The notes under the pieces are model-generated. The model was not told the DNA's origin. It saw only the letters and a program-made list of their open reading frames with translations, and made no database searches. DNA of 62,962 nucleotides, counting the filler, from Saprolegnia diclina VS20 (Eukaryota): NCBI RefSeq assembly GCF_000281045.1. It is 5 parts of 5 records of this genome, joined end to end, with 100 filler letters (N's around TTAATTAATTAA, not from the genome) between each part and the next. Parts side by side here need not be neighbours in the genome. Positions count along the whole stretch, not along the records: positions 28,676 to 50,109 come from NW_008246220.1; positions 50,210 to 59,405 come from NW_008246221.1; 3 more parts are not named here. One strand, 5' to 3'. The position numbers were made by a program, and so were the translations under genes. Positions 47,111 to 56,119 of this stretch are shown here, piece by piece. How positions within the stretch are numbered: the first letter of the stretch is position 1; the number at the start of each line of letters is the position of its first letter.

Positions 47111-48601
47111 TTACTTGCCAACGAAACCCGCGATCGCCGCGTCAATTTGCTGGTGGGCCCACACAAGCGACGGCAAGTCGGCCTTGGACGGTGCGTTCAT
47201 GTCACCGCAGTGCGATGTGCCTTCGATGAAGACGACCTTCGAAGTCGGGTTCTTGGGCTGCGTCTGGTTGTGGTAGCCGAGCGCCGACCACGGGTCGATG
47301 GTGCCGCCGGGCCAGATGACGTTGCCGACGTCGATGTCGAGGCCGTGGAAGTCGGCGCGCTTGGCGGCGATGCGAGCGTCCGTGTCGGTGATGCCAAAGA
47401 CATCCTTGCACATCTGGTAGTAGACGCCGTCGGCGGTCACAAACTTGAGCTCGGAAAACGGCCCCGTGCTCTTGGCGGCGGTCTGGCCAAAGCCAAACTC
47501 GTTGCACGTCTGCCACGTCCACTGGCGGTTGATGTTTTCCGTGTCGAGCGCCGTGCCCGAGACACCCGTGACCCAGTCCGCTTCGTAGTTGGAGTTCGTG
47601 CAGTTGCTTTCAGGTGTGAAGCTGCGCGCGTTGATCTTGGCGACCTTCTCGAGAGGACTCAAGCCATCCTTGGCCGTCAAGTCGGCGCACGCGTTCTTGA
47701 GGACATACGAGTCCCAGTCGTTGTCCTGGGAGAAGCCCTGGTACGCGCCCATGATGTTGGCCTCGATGTCCATCTTATCAAGGTCCGATGTGAACGGCGT
47801 GCATGGGTTGAAGAGCTTCTTCAGCGTTGCGACGTCGTCCGGCTTGTCGCTGGCGACGAGCGCGTGGAACTGCTTGAGGCCTTCCTGGAGCGTGCTCGTG
47901 CAGGCGTCACCGCCGACCGTCTGGAGGCCGCTCGCGACAACATTCATGTACTCGAAGTAGTCGGCCTTGATGTCGATTGGCGCCGAGCTCGCAATTGAGC
48001 CGGCAAAGCGCGTCGGGTACTTGTACTTGACCCAGCCCGCGAGCATACCAGGGTAGCTGCCGCCAAAGGCGACCCACGGCGACGACGCACGAATGCTGCG
48101 GTTCGCTGCAAAGTAGTCTTGAAACGTCGCGAGATCCGCGAGCGCCTGGTCGGACGTGTGGTAGGCGAGGTTGGCCGTCGACATGTCCGCTGTCGGCTGG
48201 GACTTGCCGTAGAAGCGGTGTTCGAGCGCAACGAGGAGCGCGCCGTACTTCTTGGCGGCCGCAACGATGTACATGCCTTGGCTCGTGATGTAGCCGGGCG
48301 TCGCGACGTTTTCGCCGTGAATGTACAAAAAGACCGGCGAGCCGGCGCCCTTGTAGTAGGCGTCGTTGACGTGGTAGCGCTGCTTCCAGTACGACGGCGT
48401 GCCGCAGTTGTCGTGGGTGTGGTCGAGGATCTGCTTCTCAAACCACGAGTCGGGGAGCGGCGCGGCCGTGTCTTCGAGGTGGTTCTCGCGCTCAAATTTC
48501 TGGAGGTTCTTGAGGATCGTGTTCTCCTTGACGAGGAGCGGGTTGATGGCCTCGGTGAGGGTCGCTACAGCAAGCGCAGTCGTGAGGAAGAGACGGACCA
48601 T
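47111..48601 (-). CDS. Secreted serine peptidase family S28, paralog 2
   Basis: Signal peptide, LEHRFYGKS, GGSYPG, DPW and SHC; clearly homologous to 38552-40045. Confidence 0.93.
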   Translation of the reverse strand: MVRLFLTTALAVATLTEAINPLLVKENTILKNLQKFERENHLEDTAAPLPDSWFEKQILDHTHDNCGTPSYWKQRYHVNDAYYKGAGSPVFLYIHGENVATPGYITSQGMYIVAAAKKYGALLVALEHRFYGKSQPTADMSTANLAYHTSDQALADLATFQDYFAANRSIRASSPWVAFGGSYPGMLAGWVKYKYPTRFAGSIASSAPIDIKADYFEYMNVVASGLQTVGGDACTSTLQEGLKQFHALVASDKPDDVATLKKLFNPCTPFTSDLDKMDIEANIMGAYQGFSQDNDWDSYVLKNACADLTAKDGLSPLEKVAKINARSFTPESNCTNSNYEADWVTGVSGTALDTENINRQWTWQTCNEFGFGQTAAKSTGPFSELKFVTADGVYYQMCKDVFGITDTDARIAAKRADFHGLDIDVGNVIWPGGTIDPWSALGYHNQTQPKNPTSKVVFIEGTSHCGDMNAPSKADLPSLVWAHQQIDAAIAGFVGK

Positions 48602-49999
48602 TGCAGGTGGTGGAGAATTGAAATATGAAAACGGCGAAGGTCTTGGGTCTGCGGCGTACTAGTACAGTGCATCGGACCGACGCAACGCTATTATTTGAAA
48701 TCCAAATCAGATCATATCTGAGTACGCCAAGCGTTGGTTACGTTTCAGAATTCGCTTATGCAAGACATGAGGCAGTGCCTACGGCCAACAGGCTGCCGCA
48801 GAGAATATCGGATGCATCATCCTTGGAGATCCTTGTATATTGGGCAAATATAACCTCGGATTTCTAGAAGACGATCCCTGAACGAAGGCCCGGCGTCGGC
48901 GCGCTCATATCAAAGTGTGGCCTGTCTGCGCAGAGTGTACTTGATTAAGGTAATATAGCGCCTTTCTATTCCAGACCGCCTCCTCTTCGTTCCCGCTGAG
49001 CTTCCACCAGCTTCCTCGAGAGTCGTCTTCTTGACCCCACCTCATTCAATCATATAACGACGCTTGTCCATTACGGACAGCTGGAGATTGATATTGTTTA
49101 AATTGTCGTCGCGCGAGCTTGGAACGAAAATGGCGCTAAACGCGTCGTGCACAGAGCCAGGAACTTGAGGTTTTATGTGATTGCGACTCAATACCAATCT
49201 CAAACGTTTGAGAAAGTGGGCGATACAGTATTGGACAACGGCACTGCCTGCTTAGGTGTACTACTAATAGTACGGCCGACAAATGCATCGCACAGCGTCA
49301 CCGATCACGCCGCGATAAGATCTGAGCGGCACTGAGATCCAATGGTTTATGCAAAGAGGAGATGGCCAGTTCTTAGTGCACAACTACCAGAAACGATAGG
49401 AAAGCACAAAGGCGAACTTGCCACAGTTGGGTGCAAGCTGGAGCAACAAGGTCACTCCATCAGAATATCGGGCAACGATTGCTGGACGCTGGAATCTCTC
49501 GTCGGATAATAGTGGGTACGCTTATGAGATGGCGCTTGAAGTAGTACACGCTGCTGTCGAATGACCTTGGCTCAGCTCTATACGATCGAACGAGCTGATG
49601 GCGGGCGTCTCGTAAGTGCAATGTGAGGCGCTGCAAAGTACTAGTAACATGTGTTTCGTCGTACCACCACAGGGCGACAAACACAGCACTGAGGAAGAGG
49701 TATTCTATTTGCAGAAAGACCAAGCCCCTTGCCTCCCCATGCCCATAGCGACTCGACCAGAGCTGGGTATGATTCGCCCCTGGACCCAACTAACTTTCTA
49801 GCACTCGTGATGCGCTTGAAATTGACACAAGAGATGGTATTCTACGTGCGAAACTGTCGCACCGGCTCATCTGATTTTCCGAGTCATCATCTGGGAGCGA
49901 TTAGATTGCATCTGATTTCGTACTGGGATGAGCCGCCGACGTAGGAATAAGATCTTCGTCGTCGTCGTCGCCACAACACTCACAACTCAATTCACCACC

Positions 50000-50109
50000 A
50001 TGGTCCGCCTCCTCCTCCCAACTGCGCTTGCTGCCCTTTGCGCGCTGAGCTCTTTCACGACGGCCGTGCCGCGTATTTTGCTTCAGCACAACACGCTGCT
50101 CGACGGCCT
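50000..50109 (+). CDS. 5' fragment of a probable third S28 peptidase (cut by scaffold spacer)
   Basis: MVRLLLPTALAALCALSSFTTAVPRILLQHNTLL resembles the paralog 2 N-terminus MVRLFLTTALAVATLTEAINPLLVKENTIL. Confidence 0.55.
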
Positions 50110-50330
50110 NNNNNNNNNNNNNNNNNNNNNNNNNNNNNNNNNNNNNNNNNNNNTTAATTAATTAANNNNNNNNNNNNNNNNNNNNNNNNNNNNNNNNNNN
50201 NNNNNNNNNACCAACCTCTCACTTTACAATTGACGGGTTCACCCACACACGGAGCCCTTCTACCTTCTACACGTTTTGCACGTTGCACATTTGAAGTCTC
50301 AACATTTCAAGTACCCAAGCGATTGTCAAG

Positions 50331-53300
50331 ATGTCGCTCAGCAAGTTCGAAGACGCCTTGGGACTCTACCGTGGCGGCAAGATGAGCGATCTGCCGCAGT
50401 TCAAGATGGCTCTCGAGGCGCTCCTCTACGAGGAGAACGCGGACGTCGACATGGAACGGGCGGAAGACGAGAAGGCTCCGTACGAGAATCTGTGCGCTCT
50501 TGTCCTCCGCGGCGAGGAGGCTTCCGGCCGTGACCATGTCGAGAAGATCAAGGAAGAAGTCGCACTTGCAGATCCCGTCCTTACGGACAGCGTGGACACC
50601 TCAGCGCTCCGGGCGTCGACGCTCGTACATCCCAACGAGATGCGCGCTGAGGTATCCAAGCGGATCACGCATGCGCAGCGGTCATGTGCACTGACGTGGG
50701 AGGACGTGTTATCGCATCCACCCAGCAGCGACGAGGCATCAGTGACGGCCAATGTCGACTCGAGTGGTAGCGACAACGACACGGTCCAACCCTGCGAAAG
50801 CGGTGGCACGATCGAGAAGGCCAGAGGGGGCCTTGACATGCGTCCAACTGGTGTCTCATGGGCTCAGTACCTTTTCGGTGCACCCAAGGACACGTGCGAC
50901 GACGGCAATGACGGTAGAAACGCTCGGTGCGTCATGGTCGATGCCAAACGGATCGACCAGCCGTCTACCAACGCCAAGGTCGAGTTGGGCGCATACACGA
51001 TTGTCTCGAAAGAGAAAGGCAAACGCCATGCCGACCGTCGTGGTGACGGGTCGGATAAGGGCAAGCGTTCTGTCGACCGTCATGGTGACGAGTCGGATAA
51101 TGGCAAGCGCCACGTCGACCGTCGTGGTGACGGGTCGGACAAGGGCAAGAGTACACGCGCCTCTGACGTCTCTGGCGATAAGCCTGTGTACTCATCAAAG
51201 GGTTCTAGCAGAGAGTGGGAGGGCCACTCTGGAGACTCTGAAGGTATCATTTCCGATGATCTATCGTCGGATCGTGACGATACCTCTCATCCTCGGCGAG
51301 TGAGTAGTGTTAAGCCTAAGGATACATCCAAGGGCAAGCCTAAGGATGAGACAAAGAGTCGGTCCAAGGACAAGTCCAGGAAGAAGGCTCGCACGGATAG
51401 CCAGTGCGGAGCCAACGAGTCCACCGCGAAGTCGGCAGGTATCAACTATGACGTAGCGACGTCCGCAAGTGATAGTGATTCCTCCGTACGTGACAACCAC
51501 CCCGATGACTGGAGCGTCATGGAGTCACTCACCGAGCAAGTAGCTCGAGCGACCGTGACGATCGAAAGCAAGGTGAGAAAGATCGCCCCATATCTCTTCC
51601 GTCGACCCAGTGCTGTCGATAGGAATGATTGGGTCCTCGATTCCGGGTGCGGGAAGCACATTACACCTCACCAGGAGTACTTTAGTGAAACGGAACTTAA
51701 CGACGAGTTTGAGTTTACGTTTGGAGATGGATCTTGCCTCATCAACACACACATTGGCAGAGTGGCCACATTCTTTCAGTCGAAGAATAATGAAATCAAA
51801 CGATTCAATCTCGACGAGGTGTGTTTAGTCCCTGACGCAGCCACCAACATTCTGAGCGAAGCGGCTCTTAAGGCGGCTGGTTACCAAGTCATCAATGGCC
51901 CATCGGGCAAGTGTAAGCTAGTGATGAAAGACAATCACCTGCAGTTTGTGGCCAATTCGGTCAATGGCGTCTACTACGCTCGTCATCACGACGTGGCAGA
52001 ACGCGTGCATCATTGCAATGCGGCGAAAACTCAGGTCGTCCGGTCCACTCGGAGTGTGACGCGCGACCAGGCTACAGCTCTATTGCAGGAGTGGCATGTC
52101 CGCCTCGGACACCTCAACCGGAAGTACGTAGAACGTCAACTGAGCTCGGGGCTCATTCCGGGAGTGCCGGTCATCAAACTCCAAACGCTGAAGCAGCTTC
52201 CATTTTTCTGCAAAGTGTGTCAGGAAATGAAAATGACCCGCATGTCGTTTCGCAACCGTACGGGTTCGCGCAAACAAGGCACGATGCACACCGATACCAA
52301 TGGCCCAATGAAAGTCAAAGGCTTCTACGGTAGCAAGACTGGTATTAAGTACTATGTCAACATGATCGATGACTATTCGTCATGGCGTTGGTGCTCTGTC
52401 TTAACAAAGAAGAGCCAAGTGGTCAAGACCATCAAGGAGCTGGTCGCCACTTTAAATCGCGATGGATCCTACCAGCTCAAGGTTCTACGTAGCGACGGTG
52501 GAACTGAGTTCGTCAACCACGAGCTCGAGGACTTCTGCAAGGAGAAAGGCATCCGTTTCCAGAAGTCCATCCCGTATACTCCGCAGGAGAACGGGGGGGC
52601 TGAACGAGACCATCGAACCAAGTTCGAGAAGGTGCGATGTGCGCTAAAGGACGCGCACATGCCTGCCCAGTGGTGGCCAGAGGCACTCATGTATATGAAC
52701 TATATACAGAATCGCACTCCCATGTCTCGACTTAAGGGAAAGACCCCTTACGAGGTCATGTACGGCGAGAAGCCAGACCTCAACAAAGTATATGCGTGGG
52801 GTTCTACCTGCTACGCATACGTTCCACCGGAACGCCGTAGCGACAAAAAGCTGTCTGCCCGAGCAGTAAAGTGCAAACTGCTGGGCATTTCGGACGAGTA
52901 CAAGGGGTACCGCCTGTATGACCCTGCCAACAACAAGTTCTTCGTCGCTCGCGACGTCTTGTTTGACCCAACTTCGATTGCGACTATGGTGCGCCAGGCA
53001 TTCCATCCCGATGTGGAATCGTTGGATGAAGACGAACTCGATGAGATCGATCGTCTTGCTCGTATGCCGTCTAAGCCACCTAGTAACCATCGGTCGTCGA
53101 AGCGACACCGATCTCCTCGGTCCTCCCGAGACCAAAGAAAGGCTAAGCGCAAGCGCGCCTCTAGCACACCGGCAAGTTCGGCTGAGTCCGACTCGGTGGA
53201 TAGTGGGAGCTCCTCGGATAACGACATGTTACCGAGCAGTGGGAGCTCCAGTGACTCTGATGAGCGATCAGATAGTCCCGACTCCGACGGGAGCACGGGC

Positions 53301-55304
53301 AGTCCTAGTGCAAGTAGATCTACAAAGTACGACTCGAGTGGGAGTCTTGAGAGTGATGACTCCAGCGGGAGTCCCGAGAACAATGTCTCGGGTGGGAGTC
53401 TCGACAGCTATGCCCCAAACAGTGGGAGCTTGGACAGCTGCGACTCCAGTGGGAGCTCCGATGACGAGGCGTCATCGCAGCGTGGAAGGGGCAAACGACC
53501 TCGCTCGGCGCGAACCTATGGTCGCCCTTCGACCAGTAGTGCTGGTAATTCGCGGCTTAGCGACAAGGTGGGCTTGTCCGGCAACAACGATTGCGACCTG
53601 CCCCGACGATCGAGTCGGCAGCGTCGACCTCCTGCGTATCTCACGGAGTATGCATACGTTGTCACAGTGAAGCCTTCGAGCACGGTAGTGCCAGTGCAAC
53701 CGTCATCTATTAGAATTCCACGATCGTTTAACGAAGCGATGGCCAGCGCGGCTAGAGAGAAATGGTTGGAAGCTTTTAATGCTGAATATGACGCGTTGAT
53801 TGATAACGATACTTGGGAAGTGGTCCCTACGCCTGCGGGCGTACAAATTTTACCATGTCAGTGGGTATTATCTGTAAAGTATCAAGCCAATGGAGAAATC
53901 GAGCGCTACAAAGCTCGACTGGTTGCTCTCGGCAACCACCAGCGGCTCGGTGAGGACTGCGACGATATCTACGCTCCGGTGGCTAGATACGAGTCGTTGC
54001 GTCTCGTCCTCGCCTTGGTTACCATCCTCGACCTCGAGTGTCATCAAATGGACGTAGTCACTGCGTTTCTTAATGGGTCACTGAATGATGTAGTCTACAT
54101 GAGAAAACCCCCTGGGTACTATCGTGGAGATAAGGATCACGTTCTGCGTCTCAAGAAGAGCCTGTATGGTCTACGCCAGGCACCTCGCATCTGGTATGAA
54201 GTACTGCATTCCTTTCTTTTAAAGATGGGTTTTGTACGATGCTACAAGGAGTACTGCATCTATGTACAAAAAGTGGGAGGAATTAGCGATATCCTCACGA
54301 CTTCAAACCGAGATTGGGTCCTCATCGTTGTGTACGTCGACGATCTCACCATTGTGTCACCAAGCTTGGATCGCCTCGAAGCGGTCAAGCGTGAACTGGC
54401 GAACCGGTTCAAGATGAAAGATCTTGGTGAAATTAGCTACATCCTAAAGATGGAGGTCAAGCGTGACCGAGTGGCAAAGACAATGACGATCTCGCAAAGC
54501 AAATACATCAACGACATCCTTAAGAAGTACGACTTGATGGACTGCAAGCCTGCGTCCAGCCCCCAAGTGGTGGGTCAAGAACTACAGAAGGAGAGTCAGA
54601 TGAGCAAGGCGCAGATCGATGCGCAGCCATTTGACTATCGTGGCTTAGTGGGTTCCCTGCAGTACCTTGTACGAGGGACGCGACCGGACATTGCCAACGC
54701 AGTTCGTGAACTGGGCAAATACCTGTCGTGTTACAACGAAACACACTGGCAAGCGGCATTGAGAATCGTGCGATACTTGAAAGGAACGTCTGACTATGGA
54801 CTGTACTTGACAGCTGAGAGTAGCAACGTCATGTATGATGTCTGGACTGACGCTTCTTTCGCGAGTCAAATCAACGATCGTAAATCCGTCACTGGATATC
54901 TAATCCGGATGGCAGGTATTTGTGTCTCTTGGGCGAGCAACAAGCAAAACTGTGTGTCGATCTCCACTGCAGAAGCAGAGTTGGTTGCACTCAGTGAAGG
55001 CTGTAAGGAATGTGAATGGGTCTCCGCCCTTCTGAGTGAGCTTGGGATGGAGAGGAAGAGTCCGATTACCGTGTGGTGCGATAGCAAAGCGGCTATTGCA
55101 GCGGTAAAGAACCCTGGAAATCACAAAGCAACGAAGCACATCGACATTCGAACTTTGTTCACTCGTGACCTTGTGGAGAGCAACAAGATCAAGTTGGAAT
55201 ACGTTCCAACAAGCGAGATGATTGCCGATATGCTGACAAAGGCGCTTCCATTGAAGCAGTTCTGTTCCCTGCGGGAAAAGATGGGCGTTAGGAAGTTGAC
55301 CTAA
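50331..55304 (+). CDS. Copia polyprotein (atypical N-terminus; protease, integrase, RT, RNase H)
   Basis: WVLDSG, WHVRLGH...CKVC, HTD/RSDGGTEF/ENGGAER, KARLVA, QMDVVTAFL, KKSLYGLRQA, YVDD, TRPDI, EAE, KHIDIR and ADMLTK. Confidence 0.96.
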   Translation: MSLSKFEDALGLYRGGKMSDLPQFKMALEALLYEENADVDMERAEDEKAPYENLCALVLRGEEASGRDHVEKIKEEVALADPVLTDSVDTSALRASTLVHPNEMRAEVSKRITHAQRSCALTWEDVLSHPPSSDEASVTANVDSSGSDNDTVQPCESGGTIEKARGGLDMRPTGVSWAQYLFGAPKDTCDDGNDGRNARCVMVDAKRIDQPSTNAKVELGAYTIVSKEKGKRHADRRGDGSDKGKRSVDRHGDESDNGKRHVDRRGDGSDKGKSTRASDVSGDKPVYSSKGSSREWEGHSGDSEGIISDDLSSDRDDTSHPRRVSSVKPKDTSKGKPKDETKSRSKDKSRKKARTDSQCGANESTAKSAGINYDVATSASDSDSSVRDNHPDDWSVMESLTEQVARATVTIESKVRKIAPYLFRRPSAVDRNDWVLDSGCGKHITPHQEYFSETELNDEFEFTFGDGSCLINTHIGRVATFFQSKNNEIKRFNLDEVCLVPDAATNILSEAALKAAGYQVINGPSGKCKLVMKDNHLQFVANSVNGVYYARHHDVAERVHHCNAAKTQVVRSTRSVTRDQATALLQEWHVRLGHLNRKYVERQLSSGLIPGVPVIKLQTLKQLPFFCKVCQEMKMTRMSFRNRTGSRKQGTMHTDTNGPMKVKGFYGSKTGIKYYVNMIDDYSSWRWCSVLTKKSQVVKTIKELVATLNRDGSYQLKVLRSDGGTEFVNHELEDFCKEKGIRFQKSIPYTPQENGGAERDHRTKFEKVRCALKDAHMPAQWWPEALMYMNYIQNRTPMSRLKGKTPYEVMYGEKPDLNKVYAWGSTCYAYVPPERRSDKKLSARAVKCKLLGISDEYKGYRLYDPANNKFFVARDVLFDPTSIATMVRQAFHPDVESLDEDELDEIDRLARMPSKPPSNHRSSKRHRSPRSSRDQRKAKRKRASSTPASSAESDSVDSGSSSDNDMLPSSGSSSDSDERSDSPDSDGSTGSPSASRSTKYDSSGSLESDDSSGSPENNVSGGSLDSYAPNSGSLDSCDSSGSSDDEASSQRGRGKRPRSARTYGRPSTSSAGNSRLSDKVGLSGNNDCDLPRRSSRQRRPPAYLTEYAYVVTVKPSSTVVPVQPSSIRIPRSFNEAMASAAREKWLEAFNAEYDALIDNDTWEVVPTPAGVQILPCQWVLSVKYQANGEIERYKARLVALGNHQRLGEDCDDIYAPVARYESLRLVLALVTILDLECHQMDVVTAFLNGSLNDVVYMRKPPGYYRGDKDHVLRLKKSLYGLRQAPRIWYEVLHSFLLKMGFVRCYKEYCIYVQKVGGISDILTTSNRDWVLIVVYVDDLTIVSPSLDRLEAVKRELANRFKMKDLGEISYILKMEVKRDRVAKTMTISQSKYINDILKKYDLMDCKPASSPQVVGQELQKESQMSKAQIDAQPFDYRGLVGSLQYLVRGTRPDIANAVRELGKYLSCYNETHWQAALRIVRYLKGTSDYGLYLTAESSNVMYDVWTDASFASQINDRKSVTGYLIRMAGICVSWASNKQNCVSISTAEAELVALSEGCKECEWVSALLSELGMERKSPITVWCDSKAAIAAVKNPGNHKATKHIDIRTLFTRDLVESNKIKLEYVPTSEMIADMLTKALPLKQFCSLREKMGVRKLT
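51015..51149 (+). repeat. 42-bp tandem repeat (about 3.2 copies) encoding KGKRHxDRxGDxSD-like units
   Basis: KGKRHADRRGDGSD / KGKRSVDRHGDESD / NGKRHVDRRGDGSD / KGK. Confidence 0.85.
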
Positions 55305-55367
55305 TGCGATAGTCGCTGCATGGCGAATGTCCAAGCAACTCGACCACATGGATGTGCTTTGTGGGAG

Positions 55368-55895
55368 TGTTGGAGTGCAGTTATGCAGTAGACATAGTTC
55401 AGTGGAACGAGTGTACAATATATCTTAGAGAGATGGACACGTTAGCTTGAGTGAGCTATCGAGTCAATATTGTACCTATCCTTAGAGAGGATATCCTAGA
55501 GGGAAAGCACTCCATGAGGCCGACCCTCATGGACACACAGCTCATGACGATACGGTGCGTTGGTCACGTGACCAGCATCTGTCGCAGAGGTGAAGGAGTC
55601 ATACAAACAGGTGTGTTTGTAGTCACGTGAACAGGGTCACGTGATTACTAGGGTGAAGACTCTTCGAGGATCATTCTAGTGGCCAGAGAGTGGCCGTGCA
55701 GTGGCACATCCGGAAGGCAGCATGCAGTGGCGTGTGGCTTCCACACTGGTGGCTCAGGCGAGCCGCCACCTTTGGGCTATGATGGCACGTGTGGCTCTGA
55801 ACCAACCTCTCACTTTACAATTGACGGGTTCACCCACACACGGAGCCCTTCTACCTTCTACACGTTTTGCACGTTGCACATTTGAAGTCTCAACA
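55368..55895 (+). repeat. 3' LTR of Copia element
   Basis: Follows the purine tract GTGGGAG and has inverted TGTTG/CAACA termini. Confidence 0.92.
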
Positions 55896-56050
55896 ATGGC
55901 CTTGAGCTGCTTCAGCGTCGCATACTGCTCGGGGTCAACCGACTCGACCTACGCTCCATGAGATGCTGCCATGGGTGCCATGGGCCATGGGCGCACCTCG
56001 CGAAGCAGCGCGACCGCCCTCCGCTTGCGGCTGCTGCTCTCCTCGGCCAT
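55896..56050 (-). pseudogene. 5' end of a host gene interrupted by the Copia insertion
   Basis: ATG at 56050, exon MAEESSSRKRRAVALLRE, 48-nt GT-AG intron 55949-55996, and exon VESVDPEQYATLKQLKA running directly into the LTR. Confidence 0.6.
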
Positions 56051-56119
56051 CGCACCTGGTTTCCGTAATCCGGAAACACATAAATATTATCCGGACCTCC
56101 GTCTTGCAGTTTCGCGCAA

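Larger units (their letters stand above)
50210..55895 (+). mobile_element. Ty1/Copia LTR retrotransposon (5' LTR truncated by spacer)
   Basis: 528-bp 3' LTR 55368-55895 (TGTTG...CAACA). 50210-50304 is identical to its last 95 bp. Domain order is PR-IN-RT-RH. Confidence 0.95.

Noticed and set aside
43070..55304. Gag-only Gypsy and Gag-poor Copia acting as a complementing pair
   Set aside because: They belong to different superfamilies with unrelated LTRs and PBS, and an artificial spacer separates them, so even adjacency is unproven.
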